Positions 58,930 to 64,000 of a stretch of DNA of 64,000 nucleotides are shown piece by piece. This DNA is from Octopus vulgaris (taxonomy: Eukaryota): NCBI GenBank assembly GCA_951406725.2, contig OX597835.1, forward strand, positions 30,008,001-30,072,000, written 5' to 3'. The translations under genes and the position numbers were made by a program. Position 1 is the stretch's first letter. Each line of letters begins with the position of its first letter. Under the pieces are notes generated by a model. That model was not told the DNA's origin. It did no database searches and saw only the letters and a program-made list of their open reading frames with translations.

Positions 58930-59160
58930 ATTCTTTTACTTGTCTCTGTCATTAGACTGCGGCCATGCTGGAGTACCGCCTGAAAAGTTTATTTTTTTTT
59001 TAGTCTAAGAAATCGACTCCAAGACTTATTCTTTGTAAGCCTCGTACTTATTCTATCGATCTCTTTGCCGAACTTCTAGTTTACGTGGACGTAAATACAT
59101 CAACATTGGTTGTCAAGCGATGGTGCAGGGAAAAACACTAAGATGCACAGACACAGAGAC
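58930..59160 (-). mobile_element. SINE family A, 3' half
   Basis: gactgcggccatgctggag...gacttattctttgtaagcc. Confidence 0.75.
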
Positions 59161-59263
59161 AAACACACATAAATATATACATATATATTACATACACACA
59201 CAACACACACACACACACACAAACAATACGGCATACAAATCCTCAACCACACTCACACGCGTC

Positions 59264-59316
<53 letters not shown>

Positions 59317-59317
<1 letters not shown>

Positions 59318-59591
59318 ACAATTTAATATATTGGAAGTCACTTGACCCTGTTATCTCCCCTACTGTCCCTCTCGCGTCTGACCATTGGCCGAAGTCAGGA
59401 CGCCATGATAGATCGTTAGCTACTACACGCATTTTTTTCTCTCCTTGTTTTTTTCTCTGTATCTTTCTGTCGAAGAGCGTAGGCTCGAAACGTAAAAGAC
59501 TTTTTCTATTCCTGAGCGCTATACTAATATATTTGTTTGTTTGTACTCCACCTGCCTTCGTCTTTTGTTTATTTTCGTAAACTTTCCGTTT
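59317..59591 (+). mobile_element. HHR-bearing element, family H1, longest copy
   Basis: tcttt-CTGTCGA-A-GAGC-gtag-GCTC-GAAACGTA-aaaga at 59462-59499; upstream gacgccatgatagatcgttagc shared with 2755-2976. Confidence 0.78.
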
Positions 59592-60759
59592 ATAAAATAT
59601 ATGCATACATACATATATGTACATACCTACATCTATATGTATATATACATGCATATATGGGTACAGGACACCACAAAAAAAAACGTAGAACACAACGAGA
59701 AACGTAGACATAAAAACAAAACATGGAAACGGACTTTGGTCGACCTATGGCTATTGTAGAAACACTTGCCCAAGGTTGGGAAGCAAGCTTCTTAACACAC
59801 AACCATGCTTGTGCTTGCTTTATACTATAAATTTATCAAAACATTATCTTCGTTTTGTTTTTTAATATAATTTATTTATGTCGAACTTCTTAACCTTTTC
59901 AGTGTCACATGCCACACGTGGAACAGAAAATGCTGCAGAAAGCGGACACATCGATTTGAATTAGAAACGAAAGAATCCCGACAGAACTAAAGAAAATTAA
60001 TACAAATTTCATAACAATTATCAACACGCTAGAGCGAAGAGAGGGTCCTACTCGTGGAAGCAAGGGGAAAATGGGACCGAGGAATACAGTATCCTGAATC
60101 TGAGAGAAGTATGCGAAGTAATTAAATCATTTTATTGAGACAAAGTTAAAGAGGGACAACAAAACAATGAAACTTGGAAAATGATTCAAAGCAATAACAA
60201 GGCCGATGTATCCGAGAAATAGCTCAATCCCATACCAGTAATTCTAGACGGCAACAATTAAATAAATCCTGCGCCAGAAGAACAAGAAGTTCGAAGAGGA
60301 CGTAGGGATCAATAAGTAGTAGTGATAATAAAGATGGAAAGTATGGTATTAAAATTGCGAGCTCACACTCATGAGGAGCAATTTAAACCCTTTAAGGGTG
60401 AAGCTCTATGTAAAATAAAATTTTAAAAAAAAAAGCTCACGGTCCGAATCTGGAAGTTATTTCAAAATTAAGGAAAGAAGAATGCGAAAAAGAACTGAAA
60501 TCTCTTCAACGCTGGAGTGAAAAAAAATAACAACAAAAGAAAACAAAACAAAAACATCGGCTGGTTTTTAAATTACTGAACCGTCTTCAAACAGGAACAC
60601 GCTTCCGATAACCGTTTCATAAAGAAAAGAAAAACAAAATTATACGCCGACACAGTTCTACAACCAACAAAGAAAACAAACCGTGATGAAAGTCCAACAA
60701 ATGAGGTGTACTCTTTAAAAAACTCAAATTTACATCAACTCCTCAACGACAAAATTACA

Positions 60760-60922
60760 GCGCAATGTGGCTGTGTGGTAAGTAGCTTGTTTACCAACCA
60801 CATGGTTCCGGGTTCGGTCCCACTGCGTGGCACCTTGGGCAAGTGTCTTCTACTACAGCCTCGGGCCGACCTAAGCCTTCTGAGTGGATTTGGTAGACGG
60901 AAACTGAAAGAAGCCCGTCGTA

Positions 60923-60963
<41 letters not shown>

Positions 60964-61173
60964 GTGAGTGTGTTTGTGTGTCTGTGTTTGTCCCCCTAGC
61001 ATTGCTTGACAACCAATGCTGGTGTGTTTATGTCCCCGTTACTTAGCGGTTCGGCAAAAGACACCGATAGAATAAGTACTGGACTTACAAAAGAATAAGT
61101 CCTGTGGTCGAGTTGCTCGATTAAAGGCAGTGCTCCAGCATGGCCGCAGTCAAATGACTGAAACAAGTAAAAG
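60760..61173 (+). mobile_element. tRNA-derived SINE, family A, full length
   Basis: Colinear with the reverse complement of 1098-1496. Confidence 0.85.
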
Positions 61174-61184
61174 AGAGACGAGAA

Positions 61185-61233
<49 letters not shown>

Positions 61234-61519
61234 CAAGCTACTTACCACACAGCCACTCATGTGCCTTGTGGTATGTAGCTTTCTTACCTCGCTCCCATTT
61301 TCCCCTTGTTTCAGTTTCCGTCTACCAAATCCACTCACAGGTCGGCCAGAGGTTATAGTACAAGGCACTTGCCCAAGGTGCCACGCAGTAGGACTGAACC
61401 CGGTCCTAGGCTATAGTAGAAGACTCTTTCCCAAAATGTCACGCAGTGGGACTGAACCCAAAACTATATGGTTGGGAAGGAAGCTTCTTACCACACAGAC
61501 AATTTTATATATACATGTA

Positions 61520-61575
<56 letters not shown>

Positions 61576-61702
61576 TGTGTGTCTGTCTGTCTGTCTGCCT
61601 TTGTGTCCGTCTTTGTCATCATCACCGCTTACAACAGGTTTTGATGTTTTTACGTTCCCGTAACTTTAAGGTTCGGGAAGAAAGACCGATAGAATAAGTA
61701 TC

Positions 61703-61940
61703 AGGCGGCGAACTGGCAGAAACGTTAGCGCACCGGGCGAAATACTTAGCGCTATTTCGTCTGCCGTTATGTTCTGAGTTCAAATTCCGCCGAGGTCGAC
61801 TTTGCCTTTCATCCTTTCGGGGTCGATAAACTAAGTACCAGTTACGCAGTGGGGTCGATATAATCGACTTAATCCCTTTGTCTGTCTTTGATGTCCCCTC
61901 TATGTTTAGCCCCTTGTGGGCAATAAAGAAATAAGAATAA
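61703..61940 (+). mobile_element. SINE family B nested in a family A tail
   Basis: Family B body flanked by the direct repeat agaataagtatcaggc (61691 and ~61935), consistent with a target-site duplication. Confidence 0.8.
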
Positions 61941-62534
61941 GTATCAGGCTTTAAAAATATAAGTATCGGGATCGATACATCCAGCCCCCAAAAAATCTCC
62001 AATATGGTGGACCAGCATGGCCGAAGTCTGATAACTGAAACAGGTAAAATAATGAAAAAAAAAGGTAAGATCTATACGGAAGGCCACTTCGTGAACTCAG
62101 TAAGTCCATGCAAATATTACAATGGTCCAAGAATTTCTTGTGCGTCAATTTATTTTGAGTGGATAAAGTGCTGCATAGCACCGAACACACTGCTGTCAGC
62201 TATAACACCAGAGATTTCAGACGATTCGAAACAAACTGCACTTCAGGGCCTTTAATATGAGTTTACCTTCTCCTTCAAGGAAGTTCTAACGAGAACTAAG
62301 TGTTCTTCAATCCCAGTCGTTCACATGCTAGTTAACTCATAGATAGGTCCCTAATAGGTGTTACTATTAGGGTAACAGCTCTTAGGGTAACACCTATAAG
62401 GGTTACTACCCACATAGGTGTTACTATTAGGGTAATACCTATTAGGATCCCATCTATCGGAATAGATCATTGAACAATAGTGGCTAAGAGGTAAAAGGTA
62501 AAGGTAGAGTGACCATTTCGAATCATACAGTCTC

Positions 62535-62750
62535 ATAAGGGCCGGTTTCCTCGTTTCTCGATTTCATGGCGTATATATTCTTCACCAGGAGGGGGCCCCA
62601 CTCCGTCGCAGGAATACTCAATTGTGCCAGCTGAGTGGACTGGGGGAATGTGAAATGAAGTGTTTTGCTCAAGAACACAACGCGTCGCCCGAAACCGCAA
62701 TCTTACGATCGTCGGTCCCAAACCCTAACCACTAAGCCACGCGCCTCCAC
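62535..62750 (-). mobile_element. tRNA-derived SINE, family C-type
   Basis: Minus head ggaggcgcgtggcttagtggttaggg...gcggtttcggg, then gttgtgttcttgagcaaaacacttc. Confidence 0.7.
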
Positions 62751-62971
62751 TGGCTGAAAGATGCTCCCACACTCAACAAAACCGTCGTCTCCAGTAACAG
62801 GGCCGCACTATTCAGATATAGTTTAAATTAATACTTCGGACATACATACACAGAAATATATACACCTGCATACATGCACACACACGCATACACACACACT
62901 CATACATGCATGCATACATATACACACACACTTATATGTGTATGTGCGAGTGTATGTATACTTTTATGCAT

Positions 62972-63002
<31 letters not shown>

Positions 63003-63099
63003 CATAACTATCTGTCTGTCTGTCTATCTGTCTGTCTATCAATCTATATATTTATATATATCAATCTATCTATTTATCCATTTATCTATCTATCTGTAA

Positions 63100-63152
<53 letters not shown>

Positions 63153-63605
63153 CCTACCTACCTACTTGCCAACCTTCCAACCAACCTATCTATATATCCA
63201 TATGTATATGTGTATGTATGTATGTATGTATGTATGTATGTATGTATGTATGTATGTATGGGTATACCTATGGGTGTGGTTGTGAGTGGGTGTGTGTGTG
63301 TGTGTGTGTGCGGGCGTGTGCATGTATAAGCTGCGAGAAGGAGGAGGAAGAGTGAGAAGGAAAATATATATTCAAAGAGAATGAGGAAAGAGAGAAAGAC
63401 GTAGATCATATATAATTTTCAGTCTATATCATTGAAAATTGAAATTTTTTTTCTATTTCCTGTCAAAACATTATTAATATTGGAAATATAATTCAGTTAA
63501 AATCTTTGTTTTATTTGAATGATTGAAAAGTTGAGAACATTTTGAAATGGGGCAGAATAAATGCAATAAGCTGTTAGTTTAACGTGGCTTATCATACCCT
63601 TAACA

Positions 63606-63643
<38 letters not shown>

Positions 63644-63934
63644 TGGAGACGGGCATATTCATACATATATACACACACACGTTTAAAAACATGAACGTAA
63701 AAAAATTAATGGGAATATATATTTATGTACACATGTAGGTATTTCATATTTTAAAATATTCGGCTTGTGTTTTATTCACGTATATATATATATATATGCA
63801 AATATATATATGTGTATATATGTATATATATATATACATATACATATATATATATATCGTACATATATATATATATAAGTATGCAACTATATACATAGAC
63901 ACACAAAAATATATATATATATTCCTATATATAC

Positions 63935-64000
<66 letters not shown>

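Noticed and set aside
59880-60750. Purine-rich segment that might be a decayed retroelement ORF, with a weak HHR-like ctcatgagg...gaag near 60370
   Set aside because: No recognisable protein motif, and the stems and core are too degenerate to support.

Overview
This is repeat-saturated, AT-rich eukaryotic non-coding DNA, probably intergenic or intronic. The SINE repertoire and extreme microsatellite load suggest a cephalopod such as Octopus (inference). No host protein-coding exon is supportable, and almost all ORF-track entries are translated microsatellites. The real coding remnants are all transposon-derived: a young 5'-truncated Penelope-like element (RT + GIY-YIG) forming a ~1.65-kb inverted repeat (9140-13027), an intact CR1/L2-group LINE RT fragment (21391-22851), a Helitron with a PIF1 remnant (19327-21093), two RTE 3' fragments and a deleted mariner. 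The most striking pattern is a set of short non-coding elements (mostly 0.2-0.5 kb) sitting inside (TA)n tracts. Many are fold-backs with a one-sided tail, and many carry minimal type-I hammerhead ribozyme (HHR) motifs with non-canonical cores (U3:A8, G3:C8, A6U, A9C, an extra nucleotide after position 9, long stem II). They look like several non-autonomous, HHR-bearing Penelope-type families targeted to TA microsatellites. A separate ~555-bp non-coding element is found three times in (TAA)n tracts. All folds and alignments were made by eye and boundaries are approximate.
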